DNA of 64,000 nt, taken from NCBI GenBank assembly GCA_049967475.1, contig JBMFSQ010000005.1, positions 23,172 through 87,171 of the forward strand, in the 5' to 3' direction. Source of the DNA: Chthonomonadales bacterium. GTDB lineage: Bacteria > Armatimonadota > Chthonomonadetes > Chthonomonadales > CAJBBX01. The notes beneath the pieces were generated by a model that was given only the letters and a program-made list of their open reading frames with translations, was not told the origin of the DNA and made no database searches. Position numbers and translations under genes: made by a program. Shown piece by piece: positions 1 through 10,072 of the stretch; the stretch's first letter is position 1; every line of letters starts with the position of its first letter.

Positions 1-18
1 CCGCCCGCCCAGCGCCCT

Positions 19-1149
19 GTGGTCCCATTGGCCGGCCCCCCGGCCGCTCCGCCTGCTACGCCGCCAAGGACTGCGATTGAGCCAGACCTGCCCGGCGAAC
101 TCGATCTTCCGCCGCTGATCGAAGAGCCTGCCGCCCCGGAGCCTCCTGTGGCGCCGCCGCCAGGCAAGCGAATAGACATCACACTCCCCGCCGCAGCCCC
201 TCCTGTTTCGCCTGCTGTGCAGCCTATCTACCGTCCATCGGGTGCTGCGGGACCGGCAGTGTCTTCCCCTGCGCCCCCCGCAGTGCGTGCCACACGCACC
301 TATTACTGCCGGTGGTGCGGCATGGAGAGTGACACTCCCGACGTGTGCAGTTGGTGCCATCGGGACCTGCGCAACGTGCCGCAAGCAGCGGTACACGTGG
401 TCACGACCCGCCACACCTCCCCGCCGCCTCGGCGGGCTCCTATGCGGCAAACAGTCGCCAAGCCCGAGGTGGCGCCGCCTCCACCCCGCACCGCACCAGC
501 CGCAGGCTCCAACGGCAGCATGACGTCGCCCGGCGTGCCGCAGTTAGGCACCTTCAGCGCCCAAAAGTCCAAGTACTACACAGATAAGGTCTTGGACCCA
601 GTGTCCGGTGCGCATTACGATGCGGACACCGGCGAGCCGGAGGTCCAGGAAGTCGTCCCCATCGAGGTTGAAGAGGTGAACATGCCTGTGCAGGTTGCCC
701 TCAATCTCGTGCTTCTGGCCGGCATCGCTGCTGTGGCATCGCTGTTTGTTCACCTCAACAAGGATCTCTATTTGGCAGCGATGGCCGTGTCCAACCTTTT
801 GGCAGGAATGGCCATGCCGTTGCTGCGCACGGTGCCGTTCGGCGAAGACGACTCCAGCGACCTGCCCATCTTCATCGGATGCACCCTGCTGCTGGGCCCC
901 TTCGTAGGAGCCATCGTCTACGGCATCCTGTGCTTCCTCAAGCAAGATGCCAATCCGGCTATCGTCGGAGCTTACCTCTCATACCTGGTAATCCGTGTGG
1001 CTATGGATGCAGCCGTCGGCCAGAGCATCACGAAATTGCTGCCTTTCAATGACACCTCATGGCAGGTGATGGTTGTGCAGATGGTGATGCCGCTGGTGAC
1101 CGTGGCCGGATGGTATGCAGCCGGTATGTTCCACAAGCCCGACGAGTAG
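19..1149 (+). CDS. Proline-rich, zinc-ribbon-containing membrane protein (probably 5'-truncated by the window edge)
   Basis: Pro-rich N-terminus, CRWCG...CSWC zinc-ribbon motif, about 5 hydrophobic segments at the C-terminus. Confidence 0.7.
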   Translation: MVPLAGPPAAPPATPPRTAIEPDLPGELDLPPLIEEPAAPEPPVAPPPGKRIDITLPAAAPPVSPAVQPIYRPSGAAGPAVSSPAPPAVRATRTYYCRWCGMESDTPDVCSWCHRDLRNVPQAAVHVVTTRHTSPPPRRAPMRQTVAKPEVAPPPPRTAPAAGSNGSMTSPGVPQLGTFSAQKSKYYTDKVLDPVSGAHYDADTGEPEVQEVVPIEVEEVNMPVQVALNLVLLAGIAAVASLFVHLNKDLYLAAMAVSNLLAGMAMPLLRTVPFGEDDSSDLPIFIGCTLLLGPFVGAIVYGILCFLKQDANPAIVGAYLSYLVIRVAMDAAVGQSITKLLPFNDTSWQVMVVQMVMPLVTVAGWYAAGMFHKPDE

Positions 1150-1433
1150 TCCGGACACCGGCCTAACAGGCTGAAGCTTCGCCTTGCCCCGAGGTATTCC
1201 GCCAGTGCGCTGCGGAGTGTCGCGTCTGCCGGTTCGACGAGAACGCGATTGCCGATGATGAGCGTCGGCACCTTTCCCGACCCGCCGTTCACCTCGCGCA
1301 TCTTCGCTTCGGCGGTGGGATCGGCCTCGATGTCAATCTCCACATATTCCACGTTCATCTCGCGCAGGATGCGGCGGGCGCGGTGGCAATCGGGGCACCA
1401 GCTCGTTACATAGGCAACAATGGGGATCGGCAT
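972..1433 (-). CDS. Glutaredoxin/NrdH-redoxin family protein
   Basis: TSWCPDC active site and KVPTLII cis-Pro motif; the C-terminal ~60 aa overlap the convergent gene and are doubtful. Confidence 0.8.
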   Translation of the reverse strand: MPIPIVAYVTSWCPDCHRARRILREMNVEYVEIDIEADPTAEAKMREVNGGSGKVPTLIIGNRVLVEPADATLRSALAEYLGARRSFSLLGRCPDYSSGLWNIPAAYHPATVTSGITICTTITCHEVSLKGSNFVMLWPTAASIATRITRYER

Positions 1434-1463
1434 ACTACCCGTAGTGTACCCGAGGCGGTTCCA

Positions 1464-2228
1464 TCAACGCCGGCGTCCGCGGGCGGCAGTACCCACTTCG
1501 GTGGGGCGAATGATGGCGGTGGCGCCCAGATCCCGCAGCCTCCGTCGAATGGCGTCGGCCTTGCGCTCGGGCACGTTGCGCACCACCGTGAGGGGAAGGT
1601 CTTCCATCCGTCGGCGCGCCTCTTTCAGGTTGCACACCATTATGGATTCCAGGGCCATGGCCACGTCCGTGGGTTGCCGGCCGACATCTGTGAGGAGTAC
1701 GTCGTAATTCTGAAGCAGTTCAGAGGCTTCCCCAGGCATTCCCACGGGCGCGTTGGGATCCTGCAGGCTCAACGTGCGGTTACAGCGGTCGCACGTATAC
1801 TGCTTCGCCTTCACCGACACCTTGTGCTTCGTACCACAGAAAGTACAGGTTATCTCCCGCACAGGAACGGGCTTGCCGTTCTCGAACTGGACACGCCTGT
1901 GGCAGTTATCGCAATCGAAGTCTTCGGTGGGTTCTTTAAGGAATTGCATGGGATAATCACAGTAAGGGCAGTTGAAGGTGACGGTAGGGAGCGAATGAGC
2001 GCGGTGCATGCGCAGGCCGGCAGCTCCCCCAAGAAAAAGCGAAAAGGCCAGCCCTGCCGCCGCGAGGATCTCCATGCTGAGCCGCGTGGTGGAAGACGGG
2101 ATGAAGTGAAACATGTACAGCAGCACCAGAAACAGCACCACGAGCATCACCGCACGTATCAACTGCGTAACGCCTGCGGAATACTCCCTCTCGAGCAGTT
2201 CTGAGCGCGTAGTAGCACCCTGGGCCAT
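1464..2228 (-). CDS. Membrane protein with two zinc ribbons and a C-terminal ribosomal protein L7/L12 CTD-like domain
   Basis: 2 TM helices; CPYC/CDNC and CTFC/CDRC; YDVLLTDVG...NLKEARRRMEDLP...ADAIRRRLRDLGATA; GGAGG RBS before ATG 2228. Confidence 0.75.
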   Translation of the reverse strand: MAQGATTRSELLEREYSAGVTQLIRAVMLVVLFLVLLYMFHFIPSSTTRLSMEILAAAGLAFSLFLGGAAGLRMHRAHSLPTVTFNCPYCDYPMQFLKEPTEDFDCDNCHRRVQFENGKPVPVREITCTFCGTKHKVSVKAKQYTCDRCNRTLSLQDPNAPVGMPGEASELLQNYDVLLTDVGRQPTDVAMALESIMVCNLKEARRRMEDLPLTVVRNVPERKADAIRRRLRDLGATAIIRPTEVGTAARGRRR

Positions 2229-2305
2229 GGAAGCCTCCTCATGCACTGCCAGCAATTCCGCGGGGAAAGCGAGCCAAAACCGATCCGCTCTGCCCCGCCA
2301 TTGGC

Positions 2306-2334
2306 AGTATAGTGCGGCACAATGCTGTTGTCAA
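2306..2334 (-). promoter_or_regulatory. Sigma70-type promoter for the zinc-ribbon/L7L12 gene
   Basis: TTGACA-N17-TATACT on the minus strand. Confidence 0.75.
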
Positions 2335-2389
2335 GAAGGGGATCCTTGGGTGGAACTGCCCCGCTGTTGCCGAGAACAGCCCTCGCCGG

Positions 2390-3400
2390 TCACGCCTCCA
2401 CGTTTACTCTGCGCCCTTCCCTGCTCGACTGCATGGCGGCGAAGACCATGGCCATACTCCTGATGTTGTCATGGCATTCGCCCATAGGCGTCGCTCCGGT
2501 CTCCAAAGCGTTGAGGAAATCCCGCAGCGAGCCGGCGATGCCTTGGGGCGTGCCTTCACGAACCTCTTCGGTTCGAGCGTCTACGGGGTAGTGGAACCCT
2601 CCATGGCCCACCACGACCTCGGCGCGAGGAGCGCCCACACCATCCCACAGTGCCGTACCCTTGGGTCCCACGGCCCGCCATTCCGCCTCCCATGACGTAG
2701 GAAGTCCCTCGCTGCACCATGATCCTCGGTACGTGTACCGCAATCCGCCGGTCATTTCGAACACGGCTGTGGCGCACGCAGCACCCTTGTACCAACTCCA
2801 TGGAGGATTGAATTCCTCGCAATAGACGGACACTGCGTCGGTTCCGCTCAGATAGCGCGCGGCATCGAAGGTGTGGATCGCCATATCCAGGATGAGCGGG
2901 CTCTCCATTTCGTCACGGAACCCCCCGAAGTGCGCGCCGATGTAGAAATCAGAGTTGAGAATGCCCAGCGGTCCGATCTCCCGTTCGATGAGGCGCTTGA
3001 ATGCCTGGATGCGCGCATCGTACCTTCGGCTCTGGCTCACCATATAGAGTTTGCCCGTGCGCTCTGAGGCAGCCACCATTTCGCGGGCTGCATCCATACT
3101 GTGGGCCATGGGCTTCTCACCCAGCACAGGCAGCCCAGCCTCCAGACATCGGATGGTGACGTCGTGATGCGCTTCCGGGGCGGTGACGTCCACCACAAAG
3201 TCTGGGGCGGTCTTTTCCAGGGCTTCGCTCAGATCCGTCCCGGTGAAAACCGCATCCAAGCCGCAGGCAGATCGTGCCTCTTCGGCCAAGCCGGGTTTGA
3301 GGTCCACCCAGCCCACAACCTGCGTGTCCGCACACTCCCGAAGGTTGTTGCCCCATGCCCGGCCCATTCCTCCGGCTCCCACAATCAGCACCCTATACAC
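2390..3400 (-). CDS. Gfo/Idh/MocA family oxidoreductase
   Basis: VGAGGMG Rossmann motif, GEKPMA, DMAIHTFD. Confidence 0.9.
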   Translation of the reverse strand: MYRVLIVGAGGMGRAWGNNLRECADTQVVGWVDLKPGLAEEARSACGLDAVFTGTDLSEALEKTAPDFVVDVTAPEAHHDVTIRCLEAGLPVLGEKPMAHSMDAAREMVAASERTGKLYMVSQSRRYDARIQAFKRLIEREIGPLGILNSDFYIGAHFGGFRDEMESPLILDMAIHTFDAARYLSGTDAVSVYCEEFNPPWSWYKGAACATAVFEMTGGLRYTYRGSWCSEGLPTSWEAEWRAVGPKGTALWDGVGAPRAEVVVGHGGFHYPVDARTEEVREGTPQGIAGSLRDFLNALETGATPMGECHDNIRSMAMVFAAMQSSREGRRVNVEA

Positions 3401-3464
3401 CGGCTACGCCTCCCCACTTCGTTTGTATGGATGTTCGCTGCATGCCCCGCCGCTCCCTGCCTGT

Positions 3465-3493
3465 TTGTGCAACCGCAGGGCTCGTGCTATAAT
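3465..3493 (+). promoter_or_regulatory. Sigma70-type promoter of the gatCAB operon
   Basis: TTGTGC-N17-TATAAT with extended -10 TG. Confidence 0.65.
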
Positions 3494-3524
3494 CTGAGTG
3501 CGTGCACCAACCGAGGAGAAGATT

Positions 3525-3815
3525 GTGGCTCTCTCACCCGAAGAGGTCCGCAAAGTAGCAGAACTGGCGCGTCTGCATCTTTCGGACGAGGAACTCGCCC
3601 TCCAAACGCGCCACATCAACGACCTCGTTGCCCGCTTCCAGAAGCTCCAAGAATTGGACGTGGAGGGCATCGAGCCCACTTCTCACAGCATCCCCATCTA
3701 CAACGTCCTCCGAGAGGACCTCGAGCGGCCGGCATTGGACCGGGAAGCGATACTGGCTAATGCTCCCGAGGCACGCGACGGGTTCTTCATTGTTCCCCGT
3801 ATCGTGGACGGATAA
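3525..3815 (+). CDS. gatC: Asp/Glu-tRNA amidotransferase subunit C
   Basis: VAELARL...VEGIEPTSH...LRED...NAP...FFIVPRIV; GAGGAG RBS before GTG 3525. Confidence 0.95.
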   Translation: MALSPEEVRKVAELARLHLSDEELALQTRHINDLVARFQKLQELDVEGIEPTSHSIPIYNVLREDLERPALDREAILANAPEARDGFFIVPRIVDG

Positions 3816-3870
3816 CGCGTCGTTTTGCCGGACCTGCATCCCCGCGGGGAAAGGTGGACCCTGATTGCCC

Positions 3871-5340
3871 ATGTCTGACCTGTACACACTCAGCGCAACC
3901 GAGATTGCCCGCCGCGTTGCTTCGGGCGCGTTATCCGCACGCGATGTGGCGGAAGCCTTTTTGCGGCGTATCGAACGCGTAGAGCCTGCCATCCACGCAT
4001 TCCTAACCCTTACGCCCGAAGCGGCGCTGGAGGCGGCATCGGAGCTGGATGAACGGCGCGCTTCAGGGGAACCGCTGGGGCCTCTGGCCGGAGTGCCCAT
4101 CGCCATCAAAGACAACATCTGTACGCGCTCCGTGCGAACCACATGCGCCTCCAACATCCTCTCCAACTTCGTGCCGCCCTACGACGCTACAGTGGTGGAG
4201 CGCTTGCGCCGCGCAGGGGCCGTGCTGCTGGGAAAGACCAATTGCGATGAATTCGCCATGGGCTCCAGCACTGAAAACAGCGCCTTCGGGCCCACCCGCA
4301 ATCCCTGGAACCTGGATTGCGTGCCCGGAGGCTCCAGCGGAGGATCGGCAGCGGCAGTAGCCGCTGAGGAAGCGCCCCTCGCCCTGGGATCGGACACGGG
4401 CGGCTCCATTCGCCAACCCGCAGCCCTATGCGGCGTCGTAGGGCTGAAGCCCACATACGGCCGCGTAAGCCGGTATGGGCTCGTGGCTTATGCCTCTTCT
4501 CTCGACCAAATAGGGCCGTTCAGTCGCACGGTGGAAGACACCGCGCTTCTCCTGCAATCCATCGCCGGGCACGACCCCATGGATAGCACCTCCGTGGACC
4601 TGCCTGTTCCCGATTATTCCCGGGCCTGCTGTGCGGATGTGAAAGGTCTGCGCGTTGGGGTTCCCCGGGAGTATTTCGGCGAAGGTGTGGACGCGAGAGT
4701 TGCTGCCACCGTCCGGCAAGCCGTAGACGTGCTCTGCGAACTGGGTGCCGCCGCCGAGGAGTGTTCCCTGCCGCATACGGATTATGCCCTCGAAGCCTAT
4801 TACATTCTTGCACCTGCAGAGGCCTCGTCCAACCTTGCGCGTTACGACGGAGTGAAGTACGGGTACCGGAGCTGTAGCGCGAGCGGGCATATCGGCCTCA
4901 TGGAGCAAACGCGGGGCGAAGGCTTCGGCACCGAGGTCAAACAGCGCATCATGATCGGCACCTACGCTCTATCGGCCGGATACTACGACGCGTACTACAA
5001 GAGGGCACAGCAGGTGCGCACGCTCATCCGGCGTGACTTCGAAGAGGCCTTTCAGCGCTTCGACGTACTCTGCGCACCAACCTCACCGATTCCGGCCTTC
5101 CGAATAGGAGAACGAAGCGGCGATCCCCTAGCCATGAAGCTGGCAGATATTTGCACCCTCCCCATCAACATGGCCGGCATCCCCGCCATCTCCATTCCGT
5201 GCGGCTTCGTAGACGGAATGCCCGTTGGCCTTCAGATCCTAGGCAAACCCTTCGGAGAAGAACTGCTCCTTCGCACCGCGTTTACGTACCAGCAGAATTC
5301 CGATTGGCACAAGCAGGTTCCAACCTTGCCCGGCGGATAA
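3871..5340 (+). CDS. gatA: Asp/Glu-tRNA amidotransferase subunit A
   Basis: Amidase signature [35 protein letters not shown]. Confidence 0.97.
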   Translation: MSDLYTLSATEIARRVASGALSARDVAEAFLRRIERVEPAIHAFLTLTPEAALEAASELDERRASGEPLGPLAGVPIAIKDNICTRSVRTTCASNILSNFVPPYDATVVERLRRAGAVLLGKTNCDEFAMGSSTENSAFGPTRNPWNLDCVPGGSSGGSAAAVAAEEAPLALGSDTGGSIRQPAALCGVVGLKPTYGRVSRYGLVAYASSLDQIGPFSRTVEDTALLLQSIAGHDPMDSTSVDLPVPDYSRACCADVKGLRVGVPREYFGEGVDARVAATVRQAVDVLCELGAAAEECSLPHTDYALEAYYILAPAEASSNLARYDGVKYGYRSCSASGHIGLMEQTRGEGFGTEVKQRIMIGTYALSAGYYDAYYKRAQQVRTLIRRDFEEAFQRFDVLCAPTSPIPAFRIGERSGDPLAMKLADICTLPINMAGIPAISIPCGFVDGMPVGLQILGKPFGEELLLRTAFTYQQNSDWHKQVPTLPGG

Positions 5341-5410
5341 AAAGATGGCTGGAGGCTCAAGCGACACCTTTGCCGGCAAGACCGATGACATACCCGTAGC
5401 CGAGGAGATC

Positions 5411-6859
5411 ATGCAGGAATACGAAGCCGTTATCGGCATGGAAGTTCATGCAGAACTTCTCACCCGCAGCAAGATGTTTTGCGCCTGCCCCAATGCATTC
5501 GGAGGCGCCCCCAACACCCGTTGTTGCCCCGTGTGCACCGGCATGCCGGGATCTTTGCCGGTTATGAACCGCCAAGCCGTAGAGCATGTGATCCGTACGG
5601 CTCTCGCGCTCAATTGCCGCATCAACCGCTTCGCTCGCTTCGACCGCAAGAATTACTTCTACCCGGATCTTCCGAAGGGCTACCAAATCTCGCAATACGA
5701 CCGCCCAATCGGCGTGGACGGTTGGATTGATGTGGACACCGAAACGGGAACCACGCGCGTGCATATCCGGCGCGTGCATCTCGAAGAAGACACCGGGAAG
5801 CTCTTCCATGTAGTGGGCGACGAAAGCGAGGTGGATTATAACCGTAGCGGCGTACCCCTTATGGAAATTGTGACCGACTTCCCGCCCGACATGCACACTC
5901 CGGAGGAAGCACGCGCCTATCTGATGAAGCTCCGAGCCATCCTCACCTACATCGGCGTGTCCGACGGCAAGATGGAAGAGGGCAGTTTGCGGTGTGAACC
6001 GAACCTGTCTGTGCGGCCAAAGGGCTCCCAGTCCTTCGGCACCAAAACCGAAATCAAGAACCTCAATTCCTTCAAGGCCGTATACCGGGGCATTGAATAT
6101 GAGATCAGCCGACAGGTGGCCCTGCTCCGCCGGGGAGAACGCGTGGTGCAGGAAACGCGCGGATGGAACGACGCACGGGGGGAGACCTTCTCCCAACGCT
6201 CTAAGGAGGTCGAGCAAGAGTACCGCTATTTCCCCGAGCCGGACCTGGTGCCCCTTATGATCTCCGAAGAATGGATCGAAGAGATCCGCAGGACCATGCC
6301 GGAACTTCCCGACGCAGCACGCACGCGCTTCATCCGGGAATACGGCCTACCGCCCTACGACGCTGCAATCCTCACGCAGACGCGGGACACCGCCCGCTTC
6401 TTCGAGGAAGCTGCCGCAATCTGCTCAGACCCAAAAAGCGTGTCCAATTGGATAATGGGGGACTTTGCCCGCCTCCTGAACGCCACCAACACGGAAATCC
6501 GGAACTCCAAGGTGACCCCAGCCCACTTGGCCCATATGATCCGCCTGATCAACGAAGGGGCCATCAGCGGCAAGATGGCAAAGGATCTCTTTGAGCGTAT
6601 GTTCCAGACAGGAGAAGACCCGGCCGCCATCGCGCGCGCCATGGGACCCCAAATCAGCGACGAAGCCGCAATCGCCTCCCTCGTCGCCGCGGCCATCGAG
6701 GCAAACCGCCCGGTGTGGGACGCGCTCGTAGCCGGCGACGACAAGAAGTTCGCCTTCATGATAGGCCAGATCATGAAGCAGTCCAAAGGACGCGCCAACC
6801 CGCAGCAAGTGAACCGCCTGCTGCGGGAACGCCTCGAAGAAGAAAGGAAACGAGTGTGA
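5411..6859 (+). CDS. gatB: Asp/Glu-tRNA amidotransferase subunit B
   Basis: [51 protein letters not shown] before ATG 5411. Confidence 0.97.
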   Translation: MQEYEAVIGMEVHAELLTRSKMFCACPNAFGGAPNTRCCPVCTGMPGSLPVMNRQAVEHVIRTALALNCRINRFARFDRKNYFYPDLPKGYQISQYDRPIGVDGWIDVDTETGTTRVHIRRVHLEEDTGKLFHVVGDESEVDYNRSGVPLMEIVTDFPPDMHTPEEARAYLMKLRAILTYIGVSDGKMEEGSLRCEPNLSVRPKGSQSFGTKTEIKNLNSFKAVYRGIEYEISRQVALLRRGERVVQETRGWNDARGETFSQRSKEVEQEYRYFPEPDLVPLMISEEWIEEIRRTMPELPDAARTRFIREYGLPPYDAAILTQTRDTARFFEEAAAICSDPKSVSNWIMGDFARLLNATNTEIRNSKVTPAHLAHMIRLINEGAISGKMAKDLFERMFQTGEDPAAIARAMGPQISDEAAIASLVAAAIEANRPVWDALVAGDDKKFAFMIGQIMKQSKGRANPQQVNRLLRERLEEERKRV

Positions 6860-7328
6860 AAGCCCAAGAGATGGCAGCGATGCTCACTCGCGACGTTGCC
6901 GACAGCCTGCTGCGAACCGTACAGGCCATGCCCGCCGAGAAGCAGATGTGGAAGCCGTTGGACGTCGGCCGCAACGCTCACGACATGATCGTGGAGTGCG
7001 CTTCCGCCAACTTCTTTGTAGCCGAAGCCCTCGCCACTAGGGAAATCCCCCGCGCCGATCCTCACAGGCGCGACAAGCTGCGCGCCGAGGCCGACACCGT
7101 TGACAAAGCCCTGCTCCTTTTGAGCAAGAGCGTAGAAGCACTCGCCAGCGCTCAAGCCTCCTTTCCCGACGACCTGATGGAACAGGTGGTCACGCTGCCC
7201 TTCGCTTCGGAGCCGGCCAGACGCGGTCATTCGCATGGGTCATGATGATCGGTTATTGGAATATGGCCTACCACCTGGGCCAAATCAACTACATTCAGAC
7301 CCTTTACGGAGATAAGGACATGCACTGA
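6856..7328 (+). pseudogene. DinB-family protein interrupted by a 5-bp duplication (frameshift at ~7200-7209)
   Basis: N-terminal frame (WKP..GRNAHDMIVEC) stops at 7245; the shifted frame gives YWNMAYHLGQINYIQTLYGD...; removing one CTTCG gives a continuous 155-aa ORF. Confidence 0.75.
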
Positions 7329-7360
7329 CCAGGCCCTCGCCGGCCCATTGCTTTTTCCGA

Positions 7361-8605
7361 ATGCATGCCCTTGCAGCCGCGTCCTCTCTCGCCCTCCTGC
7401 TGGCATCGGCGCCCGGCCGCAGCCAGGACACGGCCACCCTGTTGAGGCGCCTGGTGTCGCCGAACATGGCGGTGCGGGCAGACGCCGCCGCTGCTCTTGC
7501 TCGCCGCAAGGACCCATCTGCCACGAGCGTTCTGGTACAGCGATTACAGCAGGAGCCGACTGCCTCGGTTCGCAGCCAAATTGCCGCGGCCCTCGCGAAT
7601 GCGCGGGACCCCGCTGCCGTCCCCGGGCTTATCCGCGCGGCAAAACACCGGCTGCCGGCAGTACGCGCCGCGGCAGTGCGGGCTCTGGGGATCATCGGGC
7701 AACGGCGCGCTTGCCCAGCAGTGCGGCGGGCACTCAAAGACAAGGCGGCATCTGTGAAGGAGGCAGCTCTAGAAGCGGTCGTTCTCTTGGGCGATGGCCA
7801 TGCATGCAGGCTGGTGAAGGACCTCCTCACCGACGCCGATTGGAGGGTGCGAAGGAGAGCCGTCACGGCTCTCGCGGGCATCCCTTGCCGTGATGCTGCC
7901 GGGGCGATCATCGCAAGGCTCGAAGATGCCCGACCCGAGGTGCGCTATCAAGCAGCGATGTCTCTAGGCGGTCTTGGAGATCGGAGCGTGGCCCCTGCAC
8001 TCATCCGAATGATGAGGCGCAGCAGATCTCAGGATCGCTTCGGGGCGCGCTATTTTGCAGCGAATGCCTTGGGCCTCCTTGGAGACGCCCGCGCTGTTCC
8101 AGTGCTCGCAAAGGCCCTTCAAGATCGAATGCCCTTCGCCCGGGCTGCTGCCGCCTTCGCCTTGGGTCGGCTTGGGGATCGCAGCGTGTGCCCCGCCTTG
8201 GTCCGCGCCGTGCACGATCCGTTCGTTTACGTGCGCTTCCAAGCGGTGCAGGCTCTTGGAGAGCTTCGGGACCGCCAGGCCATTCCTGCTCTGTGCAAGG
8301 CTCTAGCCGATCCCAAAGAGCATGAGGACATCCACGAACAAGCCGCAAAAGCCCTCGGCAAGATCGGGGATGCATCTGCCCTCTCTGCACTGATTGCCGC
8401 TCGCCGGGACGCAGACGAAGCCGTGCGCAAGAATGTGGCCCTCGCCCTTGGACGCATCGGCGATCGGCGTGCCGTGCTCGCCCTGCGCGAACTCGCCGCC
8501 GACCGCGATGCTTCCGTGCGCTCTGCGGCGGTTGCCGCTATGCACATGCTCGACGCACACAGAGACACGCCCACCAAATTGGATAGAAAGGGAGCGCACC
8601 AATGA
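7361..8605 (+). CDS. HEAT-repeat (PBS lyase-like) protein with putative signal peptide
   Basis: About 11 repeats of D..VR..AA.ALG.LGD..AVPAL. Confidence 0.9.
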   Translation: MHALAAASSLALLLASAPGRSQDTATLLRRLVSPNMAVRADAAAALARRKDPSATSVLVQRLQQEPTASVRSQIAAALANARDPAAVPGLIRAAKHRLPAVRAAAVRALGIIGQRRACPAVRRALKDKAASVKEAALEAVVLLGDGHACRLVKDLLTDADWRVRRRAVTALAGIPCRDAAGAIIARLEDARPEVRYQAAMSLGGLGDRSVAPALIRMMRRSRSQDRFGARYFAANALGLLGDARAVPVLAKALQDRMPFARAAAAFALGRLGDRSVCPALVRAVHDPFVYVRFQAVQALGELRDRQAIPALCKALADPKEHEDIHEQAAKALGKIGDASALSALIAARRDADEAVRKNVALALGRIGDRRAVLALRELAADRDASVRSAAVAAMHMLDAHRDTPTKLDRKGAHQ

Positions 8606-9213
8606 ACCGATTAGCCGTTATGCTAACCGTATTGGCCCTGCCTGCGTGGCCGAAGTCGGCGATGTCCGAACCGCCCGCGCCTCGCAATATCCGGGTCGCT
8701 TCCTCGCAACAGGCTGCGGACGCCATCGCCGACGATATCATCGGTGGTCTCTGGCGCCTCACTGACGCACATTTCCACAAGGGAGAGTACAATCACATCA
8801 TCAACCTGTGCAAAATGATCATAGCAGCCCGGCCGGACCTGCTGGATGCCTACGCCGACGCTGCTTGGCTCCTGTGGAGCATGGACCGCGATGATGAAGC
8901 GGTTGCCCTCTACAAGGCGGGACTGCGGGCCAACCCTCACACGTCGTATATGTATGATGAGCTGGGGACGTATTACCTAATGCGCAAGAAGGATTACCGC
9001 CAGGCCATCCATTATTACGAGGAGGCGCGCCGGTTCAAAGACTACCATCCCTTCATGCTGCACTCCCTGGCCCATGCCTACGAAAAATCCGGAGATCTTC
9101 CCAAAGCCCTTGCCGTGTGGCAGGAGGCCGCACGGAACCCCAAAGATGTTGCCGCAAAAGTAAACATCGAACGCCTGAAGCGCCTGATGGCACAGCCCCA
9201 ACCCAATCATTGA
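8602..9213 (+). CDS. Exported tetratricopeptide repeat protein
   Basis: Signal peptide and TPR-like helices (AVALYKAGLRANP, LAHAYEKSGDLPKALAVW). Confidence 0.8.
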   Translation: MNRLAVMLTVLALPAWPKSAMSEPPAPRNIRVASSQQAADAIADDIIGGLWRLTDAHFHKGEYNHIINLCKMIIAARPDLLDAYADAAWLLWSMDRDDEAVALYKAGLRANPHTSYMYDELGTYYLMRKKDYRQAIHYYEEARRFKDYHPFMLHSLAHAYEKSGDLPKALAVWQEAARNPKDVAAKVNIERLKRLMAQPQPNH

Positions 9214-9231
9214 CCTCGTGGAGGGAACCTC

Positions 9232-9531
9232 GTGAACCTGCTTCCGCCGATCAACCTCTTTTGGATCCTGGCTGACCTGCTCCAGATCATGGTCTGGCTC
9301 ATCATTGCAGAAGTGATCGTGTCCTGGCTCATTATGTTTGGAACCATAAAGCCTTATCAACCGTGGGTACGCACGCTCCGGCGCCTCACGGATCCCGTCC
9401 TTGACCCCTTTCGCCGCCTACTACCTCCGTACAAACTCGGGGGATTGGACGTTTCGCCCCTGCTGGCAATCATCGTGCTCCAGGTGGTGGAGAACTTCCT
9501 TTTCAAGATAGGCATCGCTGCGTTGAGATAA
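9232..9531 (+). CDS. yggT: YggT family membrane protein
   Basis: LTDPVLDPFRRLLPP..GGLDVSPLLA. Confidence 0.9.
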   Translation: MNLLPPINLFWILADLLQIMVWLIIAEVIVSWLIMFGTIKPYQPWVRTLRRLTDPVLDPFRRLLPPYKLGGLDVSPLLAIIVLQVVENFLFKIGIAALR

Positions 9532-9538
9532 GGAGGAT

Positions 9539-10072
9539 TTGGTGCGCGTAGCTCCCATAGATATCCTTCACAAACGCTTTCCGCGATCCATGCGCGGCTA
9601 CCGGCCGGACGCTGTGGAGGAATTCCTCCAAGAAGTCGCCGCGGAATATGAAGCGGCGCTCGCCGAGAATATGCACCTCAAGCAGCAAGCCGCAGCCATG
9701 GAGCGCGAGCTTCAGCGCTATAGGGATATGGAAACCGCCCTTCACGAGGCGCTCGTGCTGGCGAACAAGGCCGCCGATGACCTGCGCAGGAATGCCCAGC
9801 GCGAGGCTCAACTGGTTCTGGAGCAGGCACACATGAAGGCAAAGGATGAGTTGGAGGAACAACGCCGGGCTGCCGCCGCCATGGAGCAGGAACGAGAGCG
9901 CTTTACCCGCGAATTCCGCGCGCTCCTAATGGCCTATCTCGCAGAGCTGGACGCGAAACGGCTCCCCTCTCTTCCAGAAGAGGACCACGCCCTAGTGCAG
10001 GGCCCGCCTCTTCAGGCGCCATCCCTTCCCCGCGAAGATCGCAGTACGCCTCGATCCCCCGCAAGTGAATAA
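9539..10072 (+). CDS. DivIVA domain protein
   Basis: PIDILHKRF..SMRGY..DAVEEFL N-terminal domain followed by coiled coil. Confidence 0.9.
   Translation: MVRVAPIDILHKRFPRSMRGYRPDAVEEFLQEVAAEYEAALAENMHLKQQAAAMERELQRYRDMETALHEALVLANKAADDLRRNAQREAQLVLEQAHMKAKDELEEQRRAAAAMEQERERFTREFRALLMAYLAELDAKRLPSLPEEDHALVQGPPLQAPSLPREDRSTPRSPASE

Noticed and set aside
7361..8605. Repetitive DNA as a CRISPR or nucleotide repeat array
   Set aside because: The periodicity is at protein level (HEAT repeats); there are no conserved DNA repeats with unique spacers.
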